The notes under the pieces: model-generated
Seen by the model: the letters and a program-made list of their open reading frames with translations, nothing else
The model's database searches: none
Told to the model about the DNA's origin: nothing
Part shown: piece after piece, positions 1-12,061 of the stretch
How the letters are laid out: the number at the start of each line of letters is the position of its first letter
Position numbering within the stretch: the first letter of the stretch is position 1
Translations under genes and position numbers: made by a program
Assembly: GCF_006345805.1 (NCBI RefSeq)
Contig: NC_043002.1
Coordinates: forward strand, 7,874,001 to 7,938,000
DNA from: Octopus sinensis
Lineage: Eukaryota
Reading direction: 5' to 3'
Length of the DNA: 64,000 nt

Positions 1-502
1 TACTCCATATATTTTGAAGCTATGCTTTCACATGCATTGGACTCATCGAAAGAGAAGGAGCATATACTTTTTCAATAATAATCCAAATTCTCTCCCATTA
101 TTTTAGTGATTATTGATTAAGTAAAACGATATTCTTATTGTGAGATTATAGGCAATCACAGGAATACATTTTTGCTTAATTATACTCAAATAAGTGCCAA
201 TAATTATTTTAGTTGATAAATCTGATTAACTAGAATTTAGCTATTGGCTAACTGACATGATTATTGATATGCTGAATCGAAAGGATTTTTCAAAAAACTC
301 TAATGTGTCTTCTGGGTTGTATTCCAACAGAAAAAAAAGAGATTAAGTTAGCGCAAATGGCTACTGTTCACAATTCAAGTTATTTAACTTCATATTTTTA
401 TCTACTAGCCTAGATATGTAATCCACTTTGGAAACCTGTTACTGAAAGTTGTATTCTTCATGGCACATGAAGCCTACAAATATCGAGTTATTAAACTATG
501 TC

Positions 503-569
<67 letters not shown>

Positions 570-573
<4 letters not shown>

Positions 574-880
574 TTTGTTGGGACTTTTGGATTTTACTCA
601 AAGGATATTGGAATATATACATATATACCATTATGCCTATAAACGGATTTATGAACTCAATAACCATACATACCTTACATCTATTTTCTTTCCTCTACCT
701 CACTCTCTATTTGTATCACATCGAAAATAACTATGACTTTTCCTCTCACACCGTCTCCGATGAAGGGATATTATTATTAATTAATATCCTAGAAACAGCT
801 GTAAGACTTTCTATCTATAAATGCTCTAATATCTATACAGCCTTGGTTTTTTTTATCTCATTCCGCAAAAAATTCATATA
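570..880 (+). mobile_element. Penelope-like element 3'/pLTR remnant carrying a hammerhead motif (family G)
   Basis: Shares the HHR and downstream sequence (ctttct..tataaatg....acagccttggtttt) with the arms at 62417-62715 and 62840-63120. Begins next to a (TA)n tract. Confidence 0.55.
753..807 (+). ncRNA. Type I hammerhead ribozyme motif (family G, U4C variant)
   Basis: GTCT-CCGATGA-AGGGATATT..AATATCCT-A-GAAAC-AGCT-GTA^AGAC. Stem I is GTCT/AGAC, stem III is the palindrome ACAGCTGT, the triplet is GUA. Confidence 0.7.
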
Positions 881-1680
881 TCTATCTAATTATTTATATA
901 CATACATGTATGTATGTATGTATGTATGTATGTATGTATGTATGTATGTATGTATGTATGTATGTATGTATGTATGTATGTATGACCGCGTTCGTAGAAT
1001 GGAAATGTTAAAATCTCCGAAATGTGTTGTTATTTTGTGCAACCATTTATTATCGGGTACTAATTTACTTCCAGAATTCAACACAGAACGAATACTTCCA
1101 AATTTGGTAAGATTATACCTTATTTTAAAATGGTAGGGAGTAATTTAAGGCATTTTGTTGCTCTTTCAGAAGGTCTTTCATACTGACACCCACGTTGGCG
1201 CGTGCTCAGTAAGTTCAACAAGCAGGGTCAGGAATTATAGACAGTAAGTCAGAGAGAGTCGAACGACGCCCATGTCAACGACACTATACCGATAATAAAA
1301 AACGGAAAATTTTGATAAAAAATATATATGCATTTGGATTATTTGGATTAGAAATGATAAAAAGAAGGCAAAGAAAAATATATTCTTTATATTGATATTT
1401 GACATAGATATGTGTGTGTATGTATACATACCTGCATATATATACATATATATATGCATATATGTGCATGTATGTATACATTATATATATATGTATATAT
1501 GCATATATATATAGCATATATGTGCATGTATGTATACATTATGTATATATGTATATATACATATATGTACATGAATATATATATATATATATGTAGTACA
1601 TATATATATGTATATATGTATATATATACATATATATATATGTTATATGTATATATATATATATTATATATATATATGTA

Positions 1681-1737
<57 letters not shown>

Positions 1738-1799
1738 ATATATGTATATATGTATATATATTTATATATATATTATATATATATATGTATGTATATATG

Positions 1800-1837
<38 letters not shown>

Positions 1838-1839
1838 TA

Positions 1840-1870
<31 letters not shown>

Positions 1871-2797
1871 TATTATACCCACAACATATTTATACGTACA
1901 CGTACATGTAATATTAAATATATAAATATATGCATAAACATTTTCTGTTTATATGAATATATAATATACTATTGTTATTGCTGTTGTTATTACCGGTGCT
2001 CCGTCGTACGTACAAAAGACATGGTAATGTCAGCGGCGCCTTTTTGAATGGTAGCAAATATTAGGTGTGTACTATATCACCTATAGTGTTTATACTATGT
2101 TGACCTATGTTCCTTGGGACATCGTCTCTGGCGTTGTCGTTGTCTGAAGTCAAATATCTCTGATTGTTCGATGCAAGAAAGGAAAATAATTAGACAAAAG
2201 TGTTCCTATCCATGAGTAAGTTTATACGTAAGTAGGTGTGAGTGAGAGTGTGAGAGAGACAGAGACAGAAGCAGAACGAGAGAAAGAGTGTGTGTGTGTG
2301 AAAGAGAAAAAGCAGAGAAGGAGTATGTGTCTACATACGTGCGTAAGGGAGAAAGTGTGAGAGTGAAGGAAAAAACATAAAAAGAAAGATGAAAATGCAG
2401 AATAATCGCGTTTGTATTGTCGATATTGTTGGACTAAGCGGTTGCTGTACAATAGAGATTAAGTTTTCGTTGAGTGCCGAGTCGTTGATATAGATTTTAG
2501 TGTCAAAACCGCGTGACAAGTCTACCGCCCAAGCAACTCAGAAAGGAAAGATCTAGATCAAATATGAATATGCAAAATATCTAGACCGGCGCTCCAATAA
2601 TTCTGCCAATCCGGTACCGTGAACAGGTACTTTATTTTATCGACCCCGAAAGAATCACCTCAGGGGTATTTGAACTCACAATGTTGAAAGTCGAGACAAA
2701 TAGTTTGCTAGCTTCATTATCTCTATTGTTGTAAGAGGGTGGACTGACAGAAGCGCTTGTGTATATATATATATATACATATATGTACATGTATATA

Positions 2798-2840
<43 letters not shown>

Positions 2841-3024
2841 CATGAATATATATATATAGCAGACCAAAGTTGACTTTATGTGGAATTGAACACCGAACTC
2901 TTATTTACTAAACTGTAGGTGTACCACAAAATCTAGTATTCGCCAGAGTTGCTTAATCATAGTTTAGTTTTTACAGGACAATATATATATTGTTGTATTA
3001 TTATATATATAGATATATATATAG

Positions 3025-3059
<35 letters not shown>

Positions 3060-3132
3060 TGTGTGTGTGGGTGTGTGGGTGTGTGTGTGGTACGTATATG
3101 ATTTTGATTTTTTTTATGTATGTATATATATA

Positions 3133-3360
3133 TATTTCTTTTGCCCACAAGGGGCTAAACATAGAGGGGACAAACAAGGACAGACAAAGGGATAAATCGA
3201 TTATATCGACCCCAGTGCGTAACTGGTACTTTATTTATCGACCCCGAAAGGATGAAACGCAAAGTCGACCTCGGCGGAATTTGAACTCACAACGTAACGA
3301 CAGACGAAATACGGCTACACATTTCGCCCGGCGTGCTAACGGTTCTGCCAGCTCGCCGCC
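3133..3360 (-). mobile_element. tRNA-derived SINE family A (octopus OK-like), full length
   Basis: Reverse complement of the GGCGGCGAGCTGGCAGAA...GAGTTCAAATTCC...CCCCTTGTGGG..AAAGAAATA consensus seen many times in the window. Confidence 0.9.
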
Positions 3361-4041
3361 TGCAAGGCATACCTTTTCAACTAATTTGTCTCTCTAGTCT
3401 CCAATCTTTAAGTAATTCATCTGTTGGTTGTTTTGTTGCTGTTGTTATTGTTCAGCTCCAAGACAGCTCTGAATGTGCAAAGATAAGATCAAAATCATTC
3501 CAACGTCATGACCATCACGCTTTTCAAAGATAATTTACATCAGACTGCTATGTCCTTACTATTCTGTAAACACAATAAGGTGTGGGTTAAAAGAGATTTC
3601 ACAGCTATTTCTAGCTGTTCGAATGACTAAGTTGAGATTGCGTAATTTTTCACTGGGATAGCAGAACAAAGTTGACTTTATGTTGGAATTGAACAACGAA
3701 CTCTTATTTACTAAACTGTAGGTGTACCACAAATCTCGTGTTCGCCACAGTTGCTTAATCATAGTTTAGTTTTTACAGGACAGAAATTTCTGTGTCATTC
3801 TGACATTTTTGAGTAAGAACAAAAATTAAGCTAAACTTCGTCAACCTCGAATCGGAACAGTGATTCATCTTCAAATATATCTCATGCCCGTCAACTCCTC
3901 ACCACATTACAATAATGATTTCTAACTTCAGTACTTGACTACGACATTTAAGAGAGAGCATAGTCACATGGCTCAAAGTCAGTTATGCTGGTCGATTGGC
4001 AGACCCGTCAGAAGTGTCCTTGTGGTATTTGTTCCAGCTAA

Positions 4042-4453
4042 GGCGGCGAGCTGGCAGAATTGTTAGCACGCCGGGCGAAATGCGTAACCGTATTTCGTCT
4101 GCCGTTACGTTCTGAGTTCAATTTCCGCCGAGGTCGACTTTGCCTTTCATCCTTTCGGGGTCGATAAATTAAGTACCAGTTACGCACTGGGGTCGATGTA
4201 ATCGACTTAATCCGTTTGTCTGTCCTTGTTTGTCCTCTCTGAGTTTAGCCCCTTATGGGTAAAGAAATAGGTATTTCGTCTGCCGCTACGTTCTGAGTTC
4301 AAATTCCGCCAAGGTCGACTTTGCCTTTCATCCTTTCGGGGTCGATTAAATAAGTACCAGTTACACACTGGGGTTGATGTAATCGATTTAATCCGTTTGT
4401 CTGTCCTTGATTGTCCTCTCTGTGTTTAGCCCCTTGTGGGTACTAAAGAAATA
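4042..4453 (+). mobile_element. SINE family A head-to-tail dimer with 14-bp TSD
   Basis: Full unit, then a second unit restarting at GGTATTTCGTC (4270). TATTTGTTCCAGCT occurs at 4026-4039 and 4456-4469. Confidence 0.9.
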
Positions 4454-4883
4454 GATATTTGTTCCAGCTTTTCGAACTCCTGACGAGATGCATTACGATG
4501 AGCTGTAAAAAAATTACTAATATCAATTCTTGTCTCACTCTCGATACTGACACACTACGTAGGTAATGCAATTGTGTCACTGACAAGCTTCCGGAGGCGC
4601 GTCAAAACTTTTTTTTCATTTCGTAATAAAACTATACTATTAGGGAATAAACGTAAATCATTATATTTCTGTGAAGATATTTAAAAATTACTCTTTTACG
4701 AGTCATTTCAGATATCAAGAACTGCATTGTGAACGAAATGTGACTTTTTTCTTGGCAATAAAATATTTAAAAGACCAGAACCTGGAGTAAGAGTTTGTCT
4801 TGAAAAAGAAAAACATCAAAGAAACTATTTTACAATAAACCTTGTGTCTGTATATATTTATATATATATATATGTGTGTGTGT

Positions 4884-4917
<34 letters not shown>

Positions 4918-5014
4918 TGTAAATGTATGTGTGTATGTAATTCCTTTTTTTTTTTCATTAATGACATTCTGGATCTCGAAGCACAAATATAGCTATAAAT
5001 AATCCTTTTTGTTA

Positions 5015-5205
5015 TAGGCACAAGGCCTGAAATTTGATGGGATTGGGCTAGTCGATCACATCGATCCCAGTGCGTAACGGGTATTTATTTCATCGACCCT
5101 GAAAGGCAAAGTCTACCTCGGCAGAATTTGAACTCAGAACGTAACGACTTCAAAATGACGTCAAGCATTTTGCCCGGCGTGTTAACGATTCTGCCAGCTC
5201 GTTGC
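5015..5205 (-). mobile_element. SINE family A variant with alternative tail
   Basis: Head and body match family A. The tail (aggcacaaggcctgaaattt) differs. Confidence 0.75.
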
Positions 5206-6246
5206 CATAAATACAGCTATAAACAACAGCTTGTAAATATTAGGAAGAAAAATCCATTTGGATAGAAAAATATACTTCTGTACACATTAACATAATTTTA
5301 TTTTAAAACAACTGGGAGATACACGACACCTGCAATTTTGCCTCAGTCACTTTAACGACCAATCCATCGACCCATGTCAATATGAAAAACAAATGGTTCC
5401 TAAATGATCGAATGAGCATCATATGCTCACGGACACACGGACACACGGGCATATTGATAGTTTGTACGTAGTTATGTAAATTGGTTGGTTCGCTTCGAAG
5501 AGGTGCTTCAGTTATCTGCGTCAGGTTGCATCTAACCTAGAACAATCACTTGCTTAACATGTTTTGCAATCGTTGTTTTACTGTGTAACATATGTTTTTA
5601 AATGTACCAAACTAGTAATTATTCATCATTAAAAGAATTATAAATAACTCCTTATTGATCTGTGTCAAGCAATAATTATTCGGTACTGATCCATCCAAAA
5701 TACTAAATATACTAAATAATGTAAATTATTGAGCAGCGATGTTGAAATATAAATATGTGTTCTTAGAACAAGTGATCGGCAGAATTGTCAGTGCATCGAA
5801 AAAATGCGTCACAAGAAAATGTTCTAGGTTAAAAATCCTGCAGAGGCCGCATCCAAGGAAAAGTCATCGATTCCACTATGTAACAAGCTGGGTAAATATT
5901 ACCCCCAAACAGTTTCTGAGACACTGCAGCAAAGCTCAAAGACGCTGCCAATTTTTTTCTGATCCAGTCGTAAAAATATTGCATTTGCTTGCATTGTAAT
6001 CTGTAAAATACTAGAGTACTGAAAAATACTGTGGGGATGATTTCAAAACCGGTGGCCCTCGTCATTAAAACTTCGTCTTTCTGTCTTTCTTTCATATCGG
6101 GCTCAAAGTATAATGCTGAAAGAATTGGGGTGAAGTTGCGTTTATTTGCGATGGATACGTGAATGTAATTTCAGTCCAGGTATGGATTTTGCTATGAAAT
6201 CACAATGAGGACAGTGATGATTTTAATTTGTATGTATGTATGTATG

Positions 6247-6277
<31 letters not shown>

Positions 6278-6326
6278 ACATACATATATATATATATATG
6301 TGTGTAAGTATGTATGTATGCATGTA

Positions 6327-6385
<59 letters not shown>

Positions 6386-6402
6386 TACATACATATATAT
6401 AT

Positions 6403-6464
<62 letters not shown>

Positions 6465-6713
6465 CAGTAATGCAATACAAAGTATTGCCTTCCAGTAAAA
6501 AGTAGCCCGTGAGGGAAAAATACACAAATTAGTAAATAAATGGCACAACTAAGTACCGATATTCACTGAAAATATCGAACGTAAAAATACGACGCTAATG
6601 TGTAGCTTCCCGCGTATGTATTAGCAAAAATGCGTGTGTGCAACAAAATAGAGAAAAAAACCGTCTTACCTCCAGGGAGAACATCTGAAAGATGAACACC
6701 CGGAAAATGGATA

Positions 6714-6791
6714 ATGTGGTACCTGCAGGTTTCAGGTTTTGCAAGATATGTCTCTCACCCATATTTTGCTTTACCTTCTTCAGCCAAACAT
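6714..6791 (-). ncRNA. Type I hammerhead ribozyme (array 1, minus copy)
   Basis: Reverse complement of the 7363-7440 motif with an intact core. Confidence 0.85.
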
Positions 6792-7362
6792 ATACCAAGA
6801 CGAAATCTACGATGTTACCACATTAATACTAACACACTCGACTGAAATACGGAACGCTAACAGTACGAGAAACGGTGAAGAAGTTTCAAAATATCAGTAA
6901 TGCAATACAAAGTATTGCCTTCCAGTAAAAAGTAGCCCGTGAGGGAAAATACACAATTAGTAAATAAATGGCACACCTAGTACCGATATTCACTGGAAAT
7001 AGCGAACGTAAAAATACGACGCTAATGTGTAGCTTCACCGCGTATGTATTAGCAAAAATGCGTGTGTGCAACAAAATAGAGAAAAAAAACCGTCTTACCT
7101 CCAGGGAGAACATCTGAAAGATGAAACACCCGGAAAATGGATAATGTGGTACCTTCAGTGAATATCGGTACTTAGTTGTGCCATTTATTTACTAATTTGT
7201 GTATTTTTCCCTCACGGGCTACTTTTTACTGGAAGGCAATACTTTGTATTGCATTACTGATATTTTGAAACTTCTTCACCGTTTCTCGTACTGTTAGCGT
7301 TCCGTATTTCAGTCGAGTGTGTTAGTATTAATGTGGTAACATCGTAGATTTCGTCTTGGTAT

Positions 7363-7440
7363 ATGTTTGGCTGAAGAAGGTAAAGCAAAATATGTGTGAG
7401 AGACATATCTTGCAAAACCTGAAACCTGCAGGTACCACAT
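7363..7440 (+). ncRNA. Type I hammerhead ribozyme (array 1, plus copy)
   Basis: ATGTTTGG-CTGAAGA(7371-77)-AGGT[long stem II]ACCT-GAAA-CCTGCAG-GTA^CCACAT. Stem III is the palindrome ACCTGCAGGT (7424-33). Predicted cleavage after 7434. Confidence 0.88.
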
Positions 7441-7627
7441 TATCCATTTTCCGGGTATTTCATCTTTCAGATGTTCTCCCTGGAGGTAAGACGGTTTTTT
7501 TCTCTATTTTGTTGCACACACGCATTTTTGCTAATACATACGCGGTGAAGCTACACTTAGCGTCGTATTTTACGTTCGCTATTTCCAGTGAATATCGGTA
7601 CTTAGTTGTGCCATTTATTTACTAATT

Positions 7628-7687
<60 letters not shown>

Positions 7688-8711
7688 CTAGACACTATGT
7701 TGTCTAATGTGTCATATTTGTTGTTCATAGCAGTAGGTAAAATGATTTGAGGGAAACTTTATTATTTCCAATAAACTGTGTTGGTTGATGAAAATTGGTA
7801 TAAAAAATTGATGTTTAGCATCGTATCAGCTATCATCGGGAAGATCTTTTCATAAAAGGTATTCCAGCTTGACCATTTTGCCATTGTTTAGCATCAAAAA
7901 CTGTACATTATCTAATATTTCATTAATTTTGGTGTAGGCAGTGGTTGAAAGACGGTAGGTCTGATTTTTGTGGGAAATTTGGTTGCTATTTCTACAGTGT
8001 GGAAGGCTCAGGTTTTCCCTCTCCACACCAGCTTCGTATTCTGTTAATCTCAGTTAAAGGTTCCCTTCACTTTGTGTCTTATTCTGTTCTATTTTGTGTG
8101 CAGAACAGTGTGTTGCTAGAACAGCAAATTCCTTTATGTTAACATGCTATTCAAGAAAAAATCGAGATGGTCGTGGTTGGAAAGCACACGTGACCATAAG
8201 TTGAAAAACGTAGATGTTATAGAAAAAATATGCAATACTATAAAATGCAGTAAAAGTACGGTAAACATGGACACACCTGTTCTGTCACACACATGCAGAC
8301 ATGCATGGACTGAGATGGACAGAGTGAAAACGTGTATATTTATATATAGGTGTGTGTAGATGTATATGTGTGTATGTCAGTGTGTGTGGGTGCACACACG
8401 AGCGCACGCGAATACACACACATGTGCACAGATACACCGTGCATTGTTATCGATATATAGGTTAAACGATCATTCACCTCAAACTTACAAACTCAACAGA
8501 TGAGTAACTTTGCACTAAAGCAGAGACTTATCAGTATTCGCTTACGCAAGCGTATATACTACATTTCGACAGTTATGCGTGAGTGTGTGTATGTGTGTGT
8601 GTGGATGTGGATGAAAATACTTATTGATCAAACCTCGTGTGTGTGTGTGTGTGGTGTATATATATATATATTATATATATATATATATATAATATATATG
8701 TATGTTATGAG

Positions 8712-8744
<33 letters not shown>

Positions 8745-8822
8745 TTCGAGACAAAACCACTACTTTGCAAAACAAATTTATTCCTAATATTATTATTATA
8801 TATATATATATATTATATATAT

Positions 8823-8860
<38 letters not shown>

Positions 8861-8864
8861 GAGA

Positions 8865-9025
8865 GAGAGTTTACGTAAAAAAACAAGATGAAGACAGGTG
8901 GTGTACAAAACAAACAGATGTATTAGTATAACGCTCAGGAATGGAAAAAGTCTTTTACGTTTCGAGCCTACGCTCTTCTACAGAAAGGGACACAGAAAAA
9001 ACAAGGAGAACAGGAAAGTTTAGAA
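8865..9025 (-). mobile_element. Short PLE-like non-autonomous repeat family E with minimal HHR-like motif (8950-8991)
   Basis: Four near-identical copies in the window. Minus strand reads GTCCCTTT-CTGTAGA-A-GAGC GTAG GCTC-GAAAC-GTA^AAAGAC. Confidence 0.75.
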
Positions 9026-9060
9026 AGTATAAAAAATAATATAAAAATAATATATATATG

Positions 9061-9138
<78 letters not shown>

Positions 9139-9179
9139 AATTTGTATTACAACAAACACATATAACATACATACATACA

Positions 9180-9215
<36 letters not shown>

Positions 9216-9232
9216 TTATATATATATATATT

Positions 9233-10215
9233 TCTACTATATATTTGAGTAAACGGTGGACGTTGTCTCTCAAGTGTTAGTAAATGTTTTTACACACCTA
9301 TGTTAAAAGTGTTGGCGAGTTTGCATGGCAACTTTGCGTTTGCTCAATTGAAAGGGGTGGCTTCTAGGGCAAAAACGCTTCTTTTCGATCTAGTTGCGGG
9401 TGTAGAGTTCTTGGGGTTTTTTTGTGCGCGATTTCAATAAAACGCACGAGTGCATGATCCTCAGGCTCCTTGAGTGGCTGTGTGGTAAGTAGCTTGCTTA
9501 CCAACCACATGGTTCCGGGTTCATTCCCACTGCGTGGCACCTTGGGCTAGTGTCTTCTGCTATATAGCCTCAGGCCGACCAAAGCCTTGTGAGTGGATTT
9601 GGTAGACGGAAACTGAAAGAAGCTCGTCGTATTATATATAATATATATATATAATATATATATTATATATGTGTGGTGTGTGTGTATGTGGTGTGTTGTG
9701 TGTGTGTGTGTTTATATGTTTGTGTTTGTCCCCACCAACATCGCTTGACAACCGATGCTGGTGTGTTTATGTCCCCGTAACTTAGCGCTTCGGCAAAAGA
9801 GACCTATAGAATAAGTACTAGGCTAACAAAGAAGGGGTCGATTTGCTCGATCGACTAAAGGCGGTGCTCCAGCATGGCCATAGTCAAATGACTGAAACAA
9901 ATAAAAGAGTAAAAGAGTAAAGAGACTAAAAAGGTTTGGAAAGCTTCGCAAACAAACAAGATTTAATCAAAAAACTTTTAGTGGTCAATTTTTTTCTGTT
10001 GCAGCTGCTTAAAACTTATTGGGCGTTTGCTTTTGCCATCTTGCATTTTTTCCAAATAAAAATGGTACCTGCATGTAAAGTGTGATGAGATATATTTTTT
10101 ACATTTTGAATCGTTCAAAAATTCCGTCGATAAGCACAAAAATGATCAAAGAGATTAATAAATTAACTATTTTTTGCACCGAGTAAACCCGAATGAAATT
10201 GGGTTATAATACTAG
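9233..10215 (+). mobile_element. Non-autonomous Helitron (copy 1), interrupted by SINE B
   Basis: 5' TCTACTATATATTTG. 3' hairpin CCCGAATGAAATTGGG (10188-10203) followed by CTAG (10212-10215). Confidence 0.75.
9472..9925 (+). mobile_element. SINE family B (octopus OR-like, internal TA/TG microsatellite, GAGTAAAA tail)
   Basis: tRNA-like head GTGGCTGTGTGGTAAG..GGTTCCGGGTTCA. Multiple copies in the window. Confidence 0.9.
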
Positions 10216-10219
10216 CCTG

Positions 10220-10663
10220 TCTATTCTATATTTGTGTAATGGGTGGACGTTGTCCCACGTGCAGTTGTGCAGGCAAAAGTGTTAGTAAACGCGGTTGGAT
10301 TGAGTTGAAAATTTGCACGCCTGTGGGTAACGTGCTGGCGCGAATGCATGTCAAATTTCAGTTTGCTCCATTGAAAGGTGTGGCCGCTAGGGTAATCTTC
10401 ATCGCCTTTAAACGGACTTTGACAAGTGTTTGTCGTTTCTCACTTTCGGCGATCACCCTTTCTCCCTCCATCTCTCTCTTTCCTCCCTTCCCTTCACATT
10501 CTCTCTATAACGACGTTTAACAGCTTCCACTCTCTTCCGCCTTCGCCGTCTCTCTGTCACTCTTTCTCCCCCGCCGCCTTTTCTTTTCTATCTCTCCCTC
10601 TCTCTCTCTCTCCTCCTCCTCCTCTCTCTCTCTCTCTCTCTCGCTCTCTATATATATATATCT

Positions 10664-10709
<46 letters not shown>

Positions 10710-11069
10710 ACGGCGCTGTCTGTATGTATAGAGAGAAATCGTTGACAGCCTCAAAAGTTTAAATATTCCCGCCATAGTTCACTGAGAACAGCGAATTATT
10801 ATCGCCCACCACTCCCGCTCAATCATGATAACGGATATTATTAATCAGATATTTATTGCGTTAATTTATATGTGTGTGTGTGTTGTGTGTGTGTATAAGC
10901 CTCTCGACCGGACGGATCCTCGGGACGATGGGAGCCCGGGGCCGCAATGTGCGTTCGAGGTGTCGATGTTCATATATATATATATATATATAATGTGTAT
11001 ATATATGTATATATAATGCGTATATATATATATGCATATATATAATGTGTATATATATACATATATATA

Positions 11070-11123
<54 letters not shown>

Positions 11124-11841
11124 CATCAACAAGACACAAGGGCAGTTGTTACAAGTAGTTGGCCTAAATCTGACACAGCAGGTATTTACCCACGGTCAAC
11201 TATACGTCGGCAGTCCACACAATCTCTCTTCATTTGTGGTAATCTGGGCAACACCAAAAGCGTTATCCACAAAGAAGCCCCGCAATAACACTTTTGAACC
11301 TCCCGCCTTTACTCTCCCGTCGCTGGAGCCATTGTAAGTTTCTCAATTTTTTTAGCCCAACTGCATCCACCTTCTTCACGTCGCTGGCCACCTCTGCAAC
11401 CTGACCACCTCTGCCAGTCACACTCCCAACCCATGGGTTCCCGTTGCGACACTGACTCTGCAAAATTAGGTTGGGTTTGACTACGAATTGTATCCAAAAC
11501 ATTGTAAGTGCAGTCGTCGCATTAGACTGTTTCAGTTTTGTGCTGAGACCTGATTGGTGTTTTCCCCCCCCCCCCAGTATTTTCCCGTCATTCTTTGCTC
11601 TTCACATCTGCATCCGCGAGGTTTCTCCAATCGCTTCTCAAAGACTGTTTAAACATTTGGCATGCATTTTTTTCATTATCAATTAATAAATTTTCGTTTT
11701 TTGTTTTTTTTTGTGGAATTCCTCATCTTTAAAATGTGGCCCAAGTAGACCCGAATGAAATCTGGTTATAATACCGAAAGACGTCAAACAATGAAAACCT
11801 ATGCCATTTTAATCCCGATCAAGGTCGGGTATCTCTGTAAG
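10220..11841 (+). mobile_element. Helitron copy 2 with helicase remnant and double 3' end
   Basis: 5' TCTATTCTATATTTG homologous to copy 1. Two 3' hairpins: CCCGAATGAAATCTGG (~11750) and CCCGATCAAGGTCGGG (11814-11829). Confidence 0.7.
11125..11215 (+). pseudogene. Helitron RepHel PIF1-like helicase C-terminal fragment
   Basis: INKTQGQLLQVVGLNLTQQVFTHGQLYVGS matches the TINKSQGQ..VFSHGQLYV motif. Confidence 0.9.
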
Positions 11842-12061
11842 TCTACTATATATTTGTGAAAAGGTTGGACGTTGTCTCACAAGCAGTTATGCAGGCAAAA
11901 GTGTTTGTAAATGTGGTCGGATTGACCTGAAAATTTGAACACCTATAATTAAAAGTGCTTGCGAGTTTGCATGGCAACTTTGAGTTTGCTCAATTGAAAA
12001 CGCAAAATTCTTCACTTTTAAAATGTGACCTGAGCAGACCGAATGAAATCGGGTTATAATA

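Larger units (their letters stand above)
6461..7633. repeat. 430-bp tandem repeat with inverted arm, HHR-containing (retrozyme-like array 1)
   Basis: Markers recur at 6461/6891, 6711/7141 and 7156/7586 (period 430). 7154-7633 is the reverse complement of the left arm. (TA)n on both flanks. Confidence 0.95.

Noticed and set aside
6461-7633. CRISPR-like or Pol III-driven interpretation of the tandem arrays
   Set aside because: Units are repeated in full with no unique spacers, and multiple T5+ runs on the ribozyme strand argue against Pol III read-through.
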